Shown here piece after piece: positions 10,670 to 22,188 of a stretch of DNA of 64,000 nt. Made by a program: the position numbers and the translations under genes. A model generated the notes under the pieces. It was not told the DNA's origin. It saw only the letters and a list, made by a program, of their open reading frames with translations, and did no database searches. The stretch spans positions 1-64,000 of the IMG/VR virus record IMGVR_UViG_3300028610_001024. One strand, given 5' to 3'. The stretch comes from a virus. How positions within the stretch are numbered: position 1 is the stretch's first letter; every line of letters begins with the position of its first letter.

Positions 10670-11158
10670 ATGACCAACACACTAGCAGCACACTTGTACA
10701 ACCAGATCAGTCGACGCAACGCCAGCCACTCTAGCTGGACACCTGAGCACACACAAACGATCCGTGGACACGCTAGAGAAGCCCTCACGGCCGCTCTAGA
10801 CCTCCTCCCGCACGGCAGCGGGATTGATAACCCCTGGACTGTGGACATGTTCGATACATATGCCGGAGCAAATGGAGAACCCAACGTTGGAGCGCTGAAA
10901 ATCCGGTTCGGGTATCACCCCATGGACGAGAGTGGATATCTTAGTTGGCGTAGCTACACCATGACGGCTTGCCCGGGTTGGGGTGGTATTGAAGTCCACA
11001 TAGAGGACATCACAGACGATGTTAACATTGATGACCTTGACGATACGGTGGACTACCTCACAGAACTCTTCCAGCACGCACTATCTCAGGAAGTCACTTG
11101 GATCTACAATGACATCGATAAGCACACTGTAACCGCTACTGAACAAGGATGGAATTAA
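10670..11158 (+). CDS. Conserved phage hypothetical protein (LPHGSGID motif)
   Basis: LLPHGSGID..FGYHPMDESGY; AAGGA SD. Confidence 0.7.
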   Translation: MTNTLAAHLYNQISRRNASHSSWTPEHTQTIRGHAREALTAALDLLPHGSGIDNPWTVDMFDTYAGANGEPNVGALKIRFGYHPMDESGYLSWRSYTMTACPGWGGIEVHIEDITDDVNIDDLDDTVDYLTELFQHALSQEVTWIYNDIDKHTVTATEQGWN

Positions 11159-13006
11159 CGTCATGATTTACGATGAGACTTGCAACCGTTACCGTAACCC
11201 TCTCACCGGTCGTTTCGTATCGTTCAAATCTGCACAAACTGAACAACGCGTTCACAAGGACTTCTATCTAAATCTTTACAAGGAAATCGAACTCCTTGCT
11301 ATGGTCAATACGTACCGAGCGCTGTACCATGTTAGTCTCAGTGAAGCCTATCGGGCTGTTATGAATGGAAATCGAAGGACGAGGGGTTAAGTACAATGCC
11401 AATTAACACGGTACCAATCAAAGCGGTTACTCTTGAATCTCCGGACTCATGCTTCAGAGTCGTCTGTCAAGATGCACACGGTGATGTTGTAGTTACAGTC
11501 TACGATGATTCTATTGAAGTGACAATTCGAGTATGGGAAGACAAGGATAGCTCACAATGGGAAGAGAAAACGGTTTCAATACCACGAGAGGACCTAGGAA
11601 TGTCACAACACATAGGATACAAACCTTGCGACTGTCGCGACTGTATGGAGATAGCTGTTGGTCCCTACTGTCTTGAATGCGAGGAAGCGGGTTGTCCAGA
11701 CTTCCAAGGAGTAGAGGGTATGTCTCAAGAGTGTCAATGTAAGAGTGCTTACGATCAAGAGGAAATCGATAGTGGTATCGACCTCGCCCTCTACGACACC
11801 TTACAGCGTCAACGTGGTAATCTGATCTGGTACTGGACGGATGAAGGACGGGCCGTTTTTTCGACTGAGCGACCACATGGTAGAGCTGCCTTAAACGTGG
11901 AAAACATGGATGGAGAAAAGTTCTCCATTGAAACAGCCAAACTTGAGATCGTAGATTCGGAAGGGTAGAAATCATGATGAATGAAGAAGTCAAGATCCTC
12001 GAAGATGATGAGATCCCCGATGCATGTCATAATTATACAATCTGGATAAAGGGTTCAAAGACTTGGGAGGAGTCTGGGAGAGTGAATGCTACCTTCTACG
12101 CAAAAAACCATGTAAAAGCTACAAAGAAAGCTGCTGACTGGATGAAGGAAAACTTACCAGATGAACAATACTCTGTAAGAAGACGATATAACGATAACTT
12201 CAGACATGACTAGGTCCGGAAGGATAAGCTGATGCCACTCTGTTACAAAGATCAAACGTTTTGCGAAGCCAAATGTAGCAAGACCAGATGTCTACGGCAC
12301 CAATCGAATATCAATCAAGCTCAGGCTGATTTGTTAGGGTTAGGTGTAGCTACTGCGAACTTTTCCAAGGACTGTCCTGAGTACGTTCCGGTAGTACCAA
12401 CCGAATCTGAACCAATGTTTGCATCTGGTAGAATGACGTACAAAGAAATGTTTGATGAACTTGAGAGGGGAGAGTCATGACTCATAAAATGAAAACCAAA
12501 ACAAATCAATGGTGGAAACGTTGGTACAGTGGAGCCTATGACAAGACTGAAATAGTAGAACGGGAATGGCTACTTCGTCTTATCACATATCGCGACAAGG
12601 ATGTAAATGGAAAGGACTACTTCTCAGAGGATGTACAACAGTTACAAAAATCGAGGCTTGATCGACGTGGGCCTTTTACACGCTCAGCTGAAGATGCTCT
12701 ACGTGTAACATTTGAAGATCTTCGTATCATAAACCACCATCTAAGGGAAAAAATCAGGTCCCAGATAGTAGGAAGGGAAGAGTCATGAGAACCTATTCCG
12801 ATACTTCCCCTGATTCTGGTACCGTTGTAGAAATCAAAATCAACGGTAGACTTTTTTATGCCACAAAGCGCACGGATGGAAAATGGGACATGGATGACAT
12901 AAAAGAAAGCTGTAACTACCACACTGGTTCTCTAGCAGATGGAATTCTAGCAGCTGCATTTGAGACTACCTGTTACGATGAACTTGATACATAAAGGATC
13001 TATCTA

Positions 13007-14233
13007 ATGACAGCCTTCACAATCTCCACCCATGCCATTCCCAGAATCGAAAAGCGTCTAACCGTCCTCTCTAAACGTGCTGTTAAGCTAAACCTTTCCC
13101 CTCTAACGTGGACACTTTCTAATCAGCGACAAGAGCAACGGTTTACTCAAGTTGAAGGCGAATCCTTTGCTTGTGGGTTCGATGAAAGTACCGCCCCACA
13201 ATGGCTCGACCTCGTTGACATAGAAATCACTGGTGAATCTCCTATCATGCCAGGCGGTTGGTGGTTCATCACTGCCATTGAAGCCGTTGACGATGGAGTT
13301 AATCTAATCTTATCAGTTCCAGGTGTCGATGATATCGACGTCGACGAGTATAAAGCTATCAGTATGACACGTTGTGATCATTGTCATGTAAAGCACAATC
13401 GTAAAGCGGTCTATGTGGTGCGTGATTCTAACGGCGATGAGTCCGTAGTGGGTAAGTCCTGCCTGAAAGACTTCACCGGGCATATGTCACCTGAAAGCAT
13501 TGTCATGTGGGCGACAATGTGGCGTGAGATTGAAGACATGGCTGAGGATAAAGAATACAATGGTAGCCATGGTCCTGATCTAATCGATACCTTTAAGTAC
13601 GTGACTCATGTTGCGGCGTGCGTACGGGTTGACGGATGGTTAAGTAAATCACAGGCTGAAGAAATGAATTGTAACAGTACAGCAAGCGACGCTATCGTGA
13701 CTGGGTTCATGAGTTGCAAAACTCAAGACATGAAAGATTTTAGTGAAGCTCGACAACCCATAGCTGAGGATATCAATACCGCACGGGAAGCTATCGCATA
13801 CGCTCAGGCAATGGATACCTTAAACGGTGGGGGAGATTTTCTCCATAACGTACAAGTGCTTTCTAATACTAAATGTTTCGATATCAAACGCACTGGACTA
13901 GTGGCGTGTATCACCCTTGTCTACAACAAAGAAATCAACCGAAGGAAAAAGATTGAATCAAGTACCAGCGAGTATCTTGGAAAGGTAAAGGATAAAATTA
14001 CAGTTCAAGCAACGTTTGAGGGAATGGCACTCTTTGATGGCTACTATGGGGCGGTCTACATCTGCCAATTTGATTCTAATGGTAGTAAAATTGTATGGTG
14101 GGCTTCTAAGTCGCCTGAGCTTACTCCAGGAGTTGAGGTTGAGTTAACAGGTAGAGTGAAGAAACATGATGAGTTTAAAAATGAGAAGCAAACGACGGTT
14201 ACACACTGTAAAGTAAAGGAGCTGAATCAATGA
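13007..14233 (+). CDS. Conserved phage protein with Zn-binding motif and C-terminal OB-fold
   Basis: CDHC..R..VGKSCLKDF; C-terminal YLGKVKDKI..GYYG..LTGRVKKHDEFKNEKQT. Confidence 0.7.
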   Translation: MTAFTISTHAIPRIEKRLTVLSKRAVKLNLSPLTWTLSNQRQEQRFTQVEGESFACGFDESTAPQWLDLVDIEITGESPIMPGGWWFITAIEAVDDGVNLILSVPGVDDIDVDEYKAISMTRCDHCHVKHNRKAVYVVRDSNGDESVVGKSCLKDFTGHMSPESIVMWATMWREIEDMAEDKEYNGSHGPDLIDTFKYVTHVAACVRVDGWLSKSQAEEMNCNSTASDAIVTGFMSCKTQDMKDFSEARQPIAEDINTAREAIAYAQAMDTLNGGGDFLHNVQVLSNTKCFDIKRTGLVACITLVYNKEINRRKKIESSTSEYLGKVKDKITVQATFEGMALFDGYYGAVYICQFDSNGSKIVWWASKSPELTPGVEVELTGRVKKHDEFKNEKQTTVTHCKVKELNQ

Positions 14234-15197
14234 GCCTTCAAGATTTGTTTCAAGATTTGGGTGAGACTTTTTTAACATGGTGTGATGACTGTGGAAATGA
14301 TCGTGATGACGTTGGACGGATGAGAGAATGTCCACATTGTGGAGACAGTATGTGTCAAGAGTGCTATAAGAAACATATTAAATGGTGCCTAGAAGAAGAG
14401 GAAAAATGGCGCCTAGAAGAAAAGGACTAGATATGAACACCCAAAAACGTCGCCGCTTAATTCATACCCTACTCTCACAAGTCGATGGTCTATCCCACCG
14501 AGCCGCTTTCAATCATGTCAGACGTGTTAATTATTTCTCAATAGCTCATGATCTTGATGCTGTAGGGGAAGTAGTACAGAGGAAACCTTTCAAAATGTGG
14601 CAGTTGAGAACTACTCCGAAATGTCAATCGAAGGATCATCGTGCTACTAGTCCAAGAGTACACCTGAAAATGGAAACGAGAAGGAGCTAACAATGAAGAA
14701 GTCACTTTCAAAAAGGGTAATCGATTTCCTCAAAATTCGCTGGATTGCTATCACTGACAGTATCTGGACAGATGATGCAGAGCTAGGATTGAAAATCGGT
14801 CCCATTGTCCTAGCCTACTATAAATGGGCGGATCCTACTGTTCTATGGAGACCTCAGTACAGAGAAATGGAAAAGAGAGAGTTCGGTGAGGCAATTCATA
14901 CTCAATTAGTATATAAAAGGAAAAAATCAAAGTGAATTATGATTACCTTTTAATGGCAACGCCTTACCAAGCCCTTACCCGTCGTCTACCTCAAGTGCTC
15001 ACTATAGGTACCATCATTCCAGTAATTGAACAGTTAGAGAACGCCTTACCTACCACTATAGGCGCATGGGTGGAGGTTACCACTAACGGCCCCGTAACCG
15101 GTCGAGATACGAAAGGACCACAGGATAAGCCTACAGCATTGTACTTCTCTGGACGTGAAGCTAGGGAAGGGAAATTGGACAATGAACTTTGGAGTGA

Positions 15198-15402
15198 AAG
15201 CAAATGATCAATAAAGTGAAACATAGTCTCTCTTCCGATGAGTGGCTTCATGTACGTGAAGCGGGAAGAGAAGCATATCAAGAAAGTAAGCGTACCCAAG
15301 ATTCAGAGGAAGTAGCTGTACATGCGGCGGACCTAGCTAGGGAGGAATGCCTTGCGTATATTCAATTAACGGGTGAAGCAAATGATCAATAAAGTGAAAC
15401 AT
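15198..15402 (+). repeat. 27-bp perfect direct repeat covering the starts of two adjacent genes
   Basis: AAGCAAATGATCAATAAAGTGAAACAT at 15198-15224 and 15376-15402. Confidence 0.9.
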
Positions 15403-16302
15403 GGCTTAGACCCACATAGCCAAACCATTACAGAAAAGACTGACTGGCCACCTGGGGTATTCCTTACTGAGGAGTCCGCTTTACAGTGTATAGGAGAACA
15501 ATTTCGAGATACAAGGGATAGACTTTCAGTTAATCCCGTAACCTTTACGGTTAATGCCTGGACTATAAAGTTATGGGTAGTGACTGATGGTATATGGAGT
15601 AAGTTATGATGGAACTTAGAATGTTAAAGCTGATTCTCTTAGAGCAAGCTGTACGGCTTAGCAATAATATTCTAACTGAAGCACTCGGAAATTTTTCATC
15701 TGCACTATCGAAACGTGAGATGAAACTAGCCACATGTGCAAGTGAGTCTCTGTCTAATCTAGCACGTAACCTGCTAGCCTATAGGAATCCATGAAATGAA
15801 ACCCATGAAAGGCTGTTCAAGCTGTAGCCCCTCAATCATCAATGGTCACTTTTGCCATGAGCAAGGCTGTCCTGATAGTTGGATGGATGAGAATGGGGTA
15901 GATTATCCTATTGAGTGTAAGGAATGTGGAAGGGAATTCTATCCTCATTTGAAATATGTCAAGTTTTGTAGCTCACTGTGTGAGAATATCTATCAAGGAT
16001 ATGAAGATGAGCTAACCTTTACACTAGAGTTAAATGATGAATACTGAAACCTACTTTCTGATATGTGATCCAAAGTCTGGTCTAGTGATACGTCGAGCCC
16101 GCCAACCCGCCAACATTACTGAGTCACACTTAGTATCTCTTCATGTAGACAAAAGGTTATGGAAATCTTACCGGGCGGGTGAACCCGTAAACTGGACGGA
16201 GCTACCGCTAGTTGCTCAGGACTTATGGAATCGACGTAGACGCTAGCTGCTATCGGCGGCGGACGAGCCGAGTACCAGACCTGGTCAGCCAAAACTATCA
16301 CT

Positions 16303-16461
16303 ATCCAGAATTCTGAATCCAAAATCTTGAATACATCCAACTTCTTGAATGTAGGTAAATACATATCAGCATCAGATCTATGGGGTAGAGTACATATATG
16401 CCCCATATTTACTCAATCCATGCTGTAGTACCCTCATAGATTGTCTGGCATGGGCCTTGCA
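16303..16461 (+). promoter_or_regulatory. Sigma-54 promoter cassette 2
   Basis: TGGCATGGGCCTTGCA at 16446-16461; ATCCA-N6-TGAAT boxes at 16303, 16317, 16335. Confidence 0.85.
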
Positions 16462-16514
16462 GTGTAGTAGGATGTCTGGCAAGTAAGCTAGACAGAAGAC
16501 AAGAGAACGAGACA

Positions 16515-19500
16515 ATGACAACATACGAAGCATACGTTACCGGTTACAACTTCCTCCCTGAATTGTCTGCTTTCCTGAAGAATCAAACAATCAAGGCGCG
16601 AATCCAAACTCTACTAGGCGAGGATGATATCCTCCCTATCAACAATGTTCAAGCCGCCGAGGAGGTCCTTGAATCCGGTAAGGGTCTAGAGGCTTATGAG
16701 TTGGCACGGAGTCTCTATAATGCTTAAAATGACCTACCTACAAGCCAAGACCTCCCTACTCGCCCAACTCGACGCTCATGAAGACTGGACAGTCACAACC
16801 CGCAATCGTAGCAACTTCAAGCCCCTCAAGGTTCCATATGTGACGCGTGACTACGATGACTGCCGGGTGTGGTTCAAATCTCAGAGTGTCTACCTGGGTT
16901 GGACTAACAACTTGAACGACGCCAGAAGCATACACATTGAAGACCTCAGAGTCGCGACACTGGCCGACGTGCTAGAGTCGGTCGACTATTACGTGAGTCT
17001 GGACTAGAGGAGAGTACACCATGAACCATGTACACCAGCAGCAAGCAAAAACAAGGACAAATGGTTAGAGTTAGTTAAACCTGAAGATATCATGCAACCC
17101 CCTGACCTCAACTTCGTCCCAACCCCCCCTTGCTTCATCCAGCCCATGGGTGGCTACCGCTCAACCCTAACCGGCCGTTTCCTCTCACGGGCCTATGTGG
17201 ATTACCAACTTACCCTGTGGTGGACGCAAGAGCTACAAAGAGCCTGGACGCGTCAAGTCCAGCTTGCAGCTCTCATGCTTCAAGCAACGACTCAGACGAC
17301 GGTAGCGACGCAACGTCGAGTGAGACAGGAGCGTCATATCGTGGTAGACTCAGATAGACCTATTCGACGTAAGCCCAGCAAGCGGGAACTAGAGGACAAG
17401 CGACGTCAGAAATTGTGGAATCAGTCAAGGAGTTACTCATGAATAGCACTCTAAGTAATGAAACCCCTCTATCAGTCGACTTCGATGATGAGATCAAAGA
17501 TGAACTAGCAGAGTGGATAGATGGACCGGATGAAGATGGAGTTAATAAGCCCTCACGTAGCATCCTGTGGATCGACTACCAACCCAGTGAAGATCTTGAA
17601 GCACGACATGAGTACAACGAAGCGACTAGGGGATATTAAAAATGAGTTATGAAAATAATTCACACATTCCGGATTACTTTGAATCTTGTAAAACCATAAC
17701 ACAAGTAAATACCTTCATCTATGGTGTCTGTAAGCAAGTAAAGTTCAAACCTGGCTGGACTGATGATAAGCAAGACGCTGTTCACATTGGCTATAGTTCT
17801 GATACTGAAACCTTTACCGTGTCCGTTTGGAATGGTGGTGACTCCACCAAAATCAGAGAAGCGATTCGGGATTTCTACAACCTACACGAGGAGAGAGTGT
17901 CATAAGTGGATTCACCCCCCTGTTTGCAGCTGTGGTGAGGACCATACATATACTGGAGGAAACCCATGCAAGACACAACCTTGACACGTCGAGCTATCCA
18001 CCCCAACGACACCCATAACGGTGAAAGCTCAGGAGCCTCACACCTAACCCCCAGCAAGGATCCGTTCAAGCTAGGCCTTCCAACCTTACCTGAACTGCAA
18101 ATGGAAGCCCGAATCCTTGACCATATGGAATTCCTAGCTAGTATAGGAGTTGAGAAAATCGACCGTCGTAAGCTAGCCGAAATGGCGATTGAGAAAGCTG
18201 ACGCGTTCGTGGCTATATTCAAACCTCGTAAGGAGTAATGACATGTCGATACATCGTAGTAGGATGAAACAGTGGGCTCAATCCATTAACCCTGATGTAA
18301 CAGAAAGGGATATTGATTGGTTGGTGGAATGTCTACCTGAATCAAGTTCCTTTTCTAATACACTTGACAGGGAAATACAACAAGCAAACCAGGTTGCTAT
18401 CGATCAGGGTACATTCAAAATGTTTCGACTGAACTCTAATGGAACTAAAACAGACATAGCCGAGGAGTAACCAACGAAAATCACTCTGATAGCTCTAGTC
18501 CTCCATGCATGGGGCTGGCCTGGACTTGGTATCTATGCCATTGTCGTCCTAATAGTTCACTTTCTCGAATGTAAATACCTTTAAAGGAGTTCCTATCATG
18601 GCGTTTCAATCTCTTCCTCGGACTCGTAGGTCAGTACAGTATCTCCTCACTAAAGTTCAGATCTCCAATTGCAAATCAACTCCTCACGTGTTTAGGTTCA
18701 CAAGTAAAGTTCTTCTAGACCATAGTAAACATTTATTTCCTGGAGCTGAGATTACAATAGATATTGATATCGATAGGTCGCAGGTAGCTTTCCGTAAGGC
18801 GAAAAATAGTGAACCCTCTTGGAGAATCTCTAAACCAAAGAAAAGTAATAGTACATTTAGCTCTAAAAATCTCTATGAGTTGATAGGACTTGGTACATGG
18901 GAAATTATTAAAATTCGAGTTGGTAATAAATACTATCCGGGATTCTATTACGGGCGGATTAAAGGGAAATGAACTTATCTAATGATCCAAGGGCCGTATA
19001 TAACCGACTTCGATTAGAAGTTCCTCAGCCAATAAGAGAAGACGCTCTACGAAGGAGTCGTATACAGACCGATCCAACTGAAGAGAATATCAACTCTGTT
19101 TCTGAGATGTACGAGATTGTCTTACTTAAAAAACCAGGTAATCTATTGCATCAGCGTCTTGAGCAAGCTTTTCTAAACCTAAAGAGGTAAATTCATGAAC
19201 CAAGTCCACCTATCTACTCTCCCGCCGGGTATCGACTTCATCTATCATCATCCTAACGGTAATGATATTGAGTGTCGTTCAGTTGGTAAGGGTAGCTATG
19301 AGTATTTTGACAATGGACTAGGCCAAATGGAAACGCTGTATAGTCCCACCATGCTTTGTGATATAACCAATTCCGATCTAACACTAATGCAAAGTGAACA
19401 AAGGCTTAGTAAACATTTGCGACATAGGTTGCATGTTGAGACTGGGGAGTAAGTCATGGAAAATGTAAAAGATTCTAAAGATAAAGTAATTCGAGTGATA

Positions 19501-20106
19501 CAGGATGGCTACCATCAACCTACGTGGAGAAACCTACAAGGATTATTGTGGTGAGAGTGATCTAGAGGTAACAGACTGTGATTGTGAGAAGTGCTTCAAA
19601 TTAAGATCACAAGCTTATGCAAAGGATAATCAATGAAAACCACTAAAACCTTCAACCCTTCAATTGAGCAAACCATTCCCAACTTTTTCCCTGACATTAA
19701 ACAACGCAAGCTTGCCTATACCATACTCAAGGTTCTCAACATCATCCCCAATCGTAAACTAATATTTGAAAAGGAACCCAACTGTAGAGGTAAATGTCCT
19801 GTCAGATTATACCTTATCAAAGATCTCAAAAAGGTACAATCACACCTTACCCAAAGCCAAACCATTACTCAAATCCCAAAAGGCTACACCGATGTTCATA
19901 CACTAGAACGAAAGTACGACCTACCTAATAGAACTATCTACCTGATATTCAAAACGGTTGGACTTGAATCAAATCAAATGTATAAACCTGAAGGACTAGG
20001 TACAGGGAGGAAACTGTTTAAGGTTAAGGATACAGAGTATGTAATGAAGTGGATTGTGAAGTCACGGGAACGATTCAGTGATCGAATATCCAACAGAGAG
20101 AGCTAG
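16515..20106 (+). other. Early operon 2: small hypothetical ORFs
   Basis: Coupled ORFs downstream of cassette 2. Confidence 0.7.
19633..20106 (+). CDS. Putative DNA-binding protein (tandem HTH-like), paralogue of 22189-22647
   Basis: Shared motifs FP..Q..AYT, P.G..D...ER.Y, VGLE...Y, K..EYV. Confidence 0.6.
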   Translation: MKTTKTFNPSIEQTIPNFFPDIKQRKLAYTILKVLNIIPNRKLIFEKEPNCRGKCPVRLYLIKDLKKVQSHLTQSQTITQIPKGYTDVHTLERKYDLPNRTIYLIFKTVGLESNQMYKPEGLGTGRKLFKVKDTEYVMKWIVKSRERFSDRISNRES

Positions 20107-20113
20107 TTGAATT

Positions 20114-20129
20114 TGGCACGATTCTTGCA
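20114..20129 (+). promoter_or_regulatory. Consensus sigma-54 site
   Basis: TGGCACGATTCTTGCA matches TGGCACG-N4-TTGCW. Confidence 0.75.
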
Positions 20130-20172
20130 GGCTACCCTCTAACCTTACCCAACTCAACTCTACCAACCCTCG

Positions 20173-20330
20173 ATCCAAATTCCTGGATTCAAAATTCTGC
20201 ATACTCCAAGGAATTGAAGTTAGGTAAGTCTATAGGATCATAGAGAGTATGTAGCCCAAAGCATATATGTCGTGGATTTGCTCAATCCATGCTACTCCCC
20301 ACTGAGGATTGAGTTGGCATGGACCTTGCT
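20173..20330 (+). promoter_or_regulatory. Sigma-54 promoter cassette 3
   Basis: TGGCATGGACCTTGCT at 20315-20330; degenerate boxes at 20173, 20187, 20204; CTCAATCC/GGATTGAG inverted repeat. Confidence 0.85.
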
Positions 20331-20381
20331 ATATAGAGGAGTGTACGGGACACGAACTAACCAAATAAGAGGACTAAGACA

Positions 20382-21925
20382 ATGACCAAGGTCAAGCAAG
20401 CCAAACGCGCCGCCCTCCAAACTAAAGTCCTCAAGGCCTTCCGTAAGATCACAATCATTGAGCTTCTCGACGGTCCCGGGAAAACGGTCACATGTATGGA
20501 CCTAGTCACCTTGGATATCTGCCAGACACACGAACAGGCCATAGAGTTAATGGACGAGATGTGGGAAGCCCAGCAAGTCTACACAGTGAACGGGTATGGA
20601 ACGAGCGCACAAGATCACGACTTCGCAAGCTGCTAGACTCTAACTGACACCCCAAACAAGGACACACGCCATGCGCTACATCAAACCTCAATCGACCGCT
20701 AAGACTCTCCGCCGTTCCAAGGCAATGCTGATCAACTTAGGTCAGACAGTGACCTCTGCTACGATCCGGAGCAACGGTGAGAAAGCTGAGCCTTACCCTC
20801 TCAAGGCTCTCAAAGGTCGTCTCATGCGAGAAATCCACTCCCCCAACTCTAGTCGATCGGACTACTACCAGGAAGCCGACGGATCCGTTACGATGTTGGC
20901 TCATGGTAACTGTACAATCAAGCTGAGCTTCTGAGGACGATACGATGTCAACCTCAACCTACGATTCACCCTTCGCGGACTACATCGTCAAATTCTCCAA
21001 GGGTCTTACACTCCGAGCACGGCTCGACAAGGACTACAAGGTCGGAGATGAAACAGAGACCCAATTCGGTACCGTTACCATCGTACGCGTACTTGAGGAC
21101 TAGCACCATGCAAGACACTAGCACCTACGACGCAGCTCTAGCACTCTTCCTGTCCTACGCTCTCAGCATTCAACCTGAGCAACACGCCAGCTTTCCAGTC
21201 CCTGTTTTCACCATTGAACCCGGCCGTAAGTACGACCGTATCATCCTAGCTAACCCTCACAAGTCCGCTTTCTGTTTCGTCCGTAAGTCCGACGGCGCTG
21301 TGCTCAAGACTGCCAATTACAAAGCACCAGCCAAGCACCCTCGTGGCACGATCTACCTTGACGACCCTAGCAACGTTGACGCCTACGGGATCGGCCCGTA
21401 TGGTGCAAACTACCTGAGATAGGACTCTCCCCCATGTCTACCACTGGCACACTTTGCCCCCTCTGTCAACATCCCACAGCCACCTACGACCCTTCAGCCC
21501 GTACCCTCATCTGTACCGACTGCGAACATGTCGAGCCCGTCACTTTAGTCCTGGCCATGACCTTGTGGGATGTAGCTATTGATATAAATAACCGGGAATT
21601 TGCCAAGTGTGTCACCGTTGAAAAAGAGCAAGGTTGTGATGAGGATACATGGCTAGCAGCATTAGGCAATGATAAAAAAACTAACGCTATCGAAGCTCAA
21701 CAGAGGGCTATCCGAGCTGAGTACATGACCACGGATGGCATCTTTGACGTCCAACAAGTCGTTCTAATCACTACAATCAAGCACTACGTCCAAGACCTAG
21801 CAGACAGTCCAGACGTCACGCCTGAGAGCCGCCAGCAAGTCTTAGAGCTACTCGAAACCACCGCCCTTAAACCTCAAGTGCTAGTCACTTGGGCGCGTAA
21901 GGTCTTAGCCAAAGCATACAAGTAA
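20382..21925 (+). other. Early operon 3: small ORFs, including an untracked 52-aa ORF at 20946-21104
   Basis: GAGGA/AGGAC SD sites before each start. Confidence 0.7.
21108..21422 (+). CDS. Conserved phage hypothetical protein (GRKYDRI..KAPAKHPRG)
   Basis: Motif familiar from phage early proteins; GAGGA SD before ATG 21108. Confidence 0.7.
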   Translation: MQDTSTYDAALALFLSYALSIQPEQHASFPVPVFTIEPGRKYDRIILANPHKSAFCFVRKSDGAVLKTANYKAPAKHPRGTIYLDDPSNVDAYGIGPYGANYLR

Positions 21926-22188
21926 TTCATGACAATTCATAACTGACCACCCCCCTGTAATGACCCAAAACGCTATAAACTGACCTTAGTTAAAGCACTT
22001 GACTTACACCACCTTACCGCTTACCCTTACGGAGTTAGTGGAGCTTTTCAGATTTTTTGTGGCAATCCAGGCTCGGAAATGAACTGGGATCTAAACCATC
22101 TTACAGACTACATTGTCTCGTCTACCGCTTCTGGCCCCTCTTTCATTCTCATTCCAGTGAGTGTACCATGTACCTCCAAAGGACCAAA

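Larger units (their letters stand above)
10386..16246 (+). other. Early operon 1: about 20 tightly coupled small hypothetical ORFs
   Basis: Overlapping ATGA/TAATG junctions and SD sites downstream of cassette 1. Confidence 0.75.

Noticed and set aside
10163-20330. Repeats as a CRISPR array or attC cassette array
   Set aside because: Only three dispersed copies kilobases apart, each with promoter architecture; no repeat-spacer periodicity
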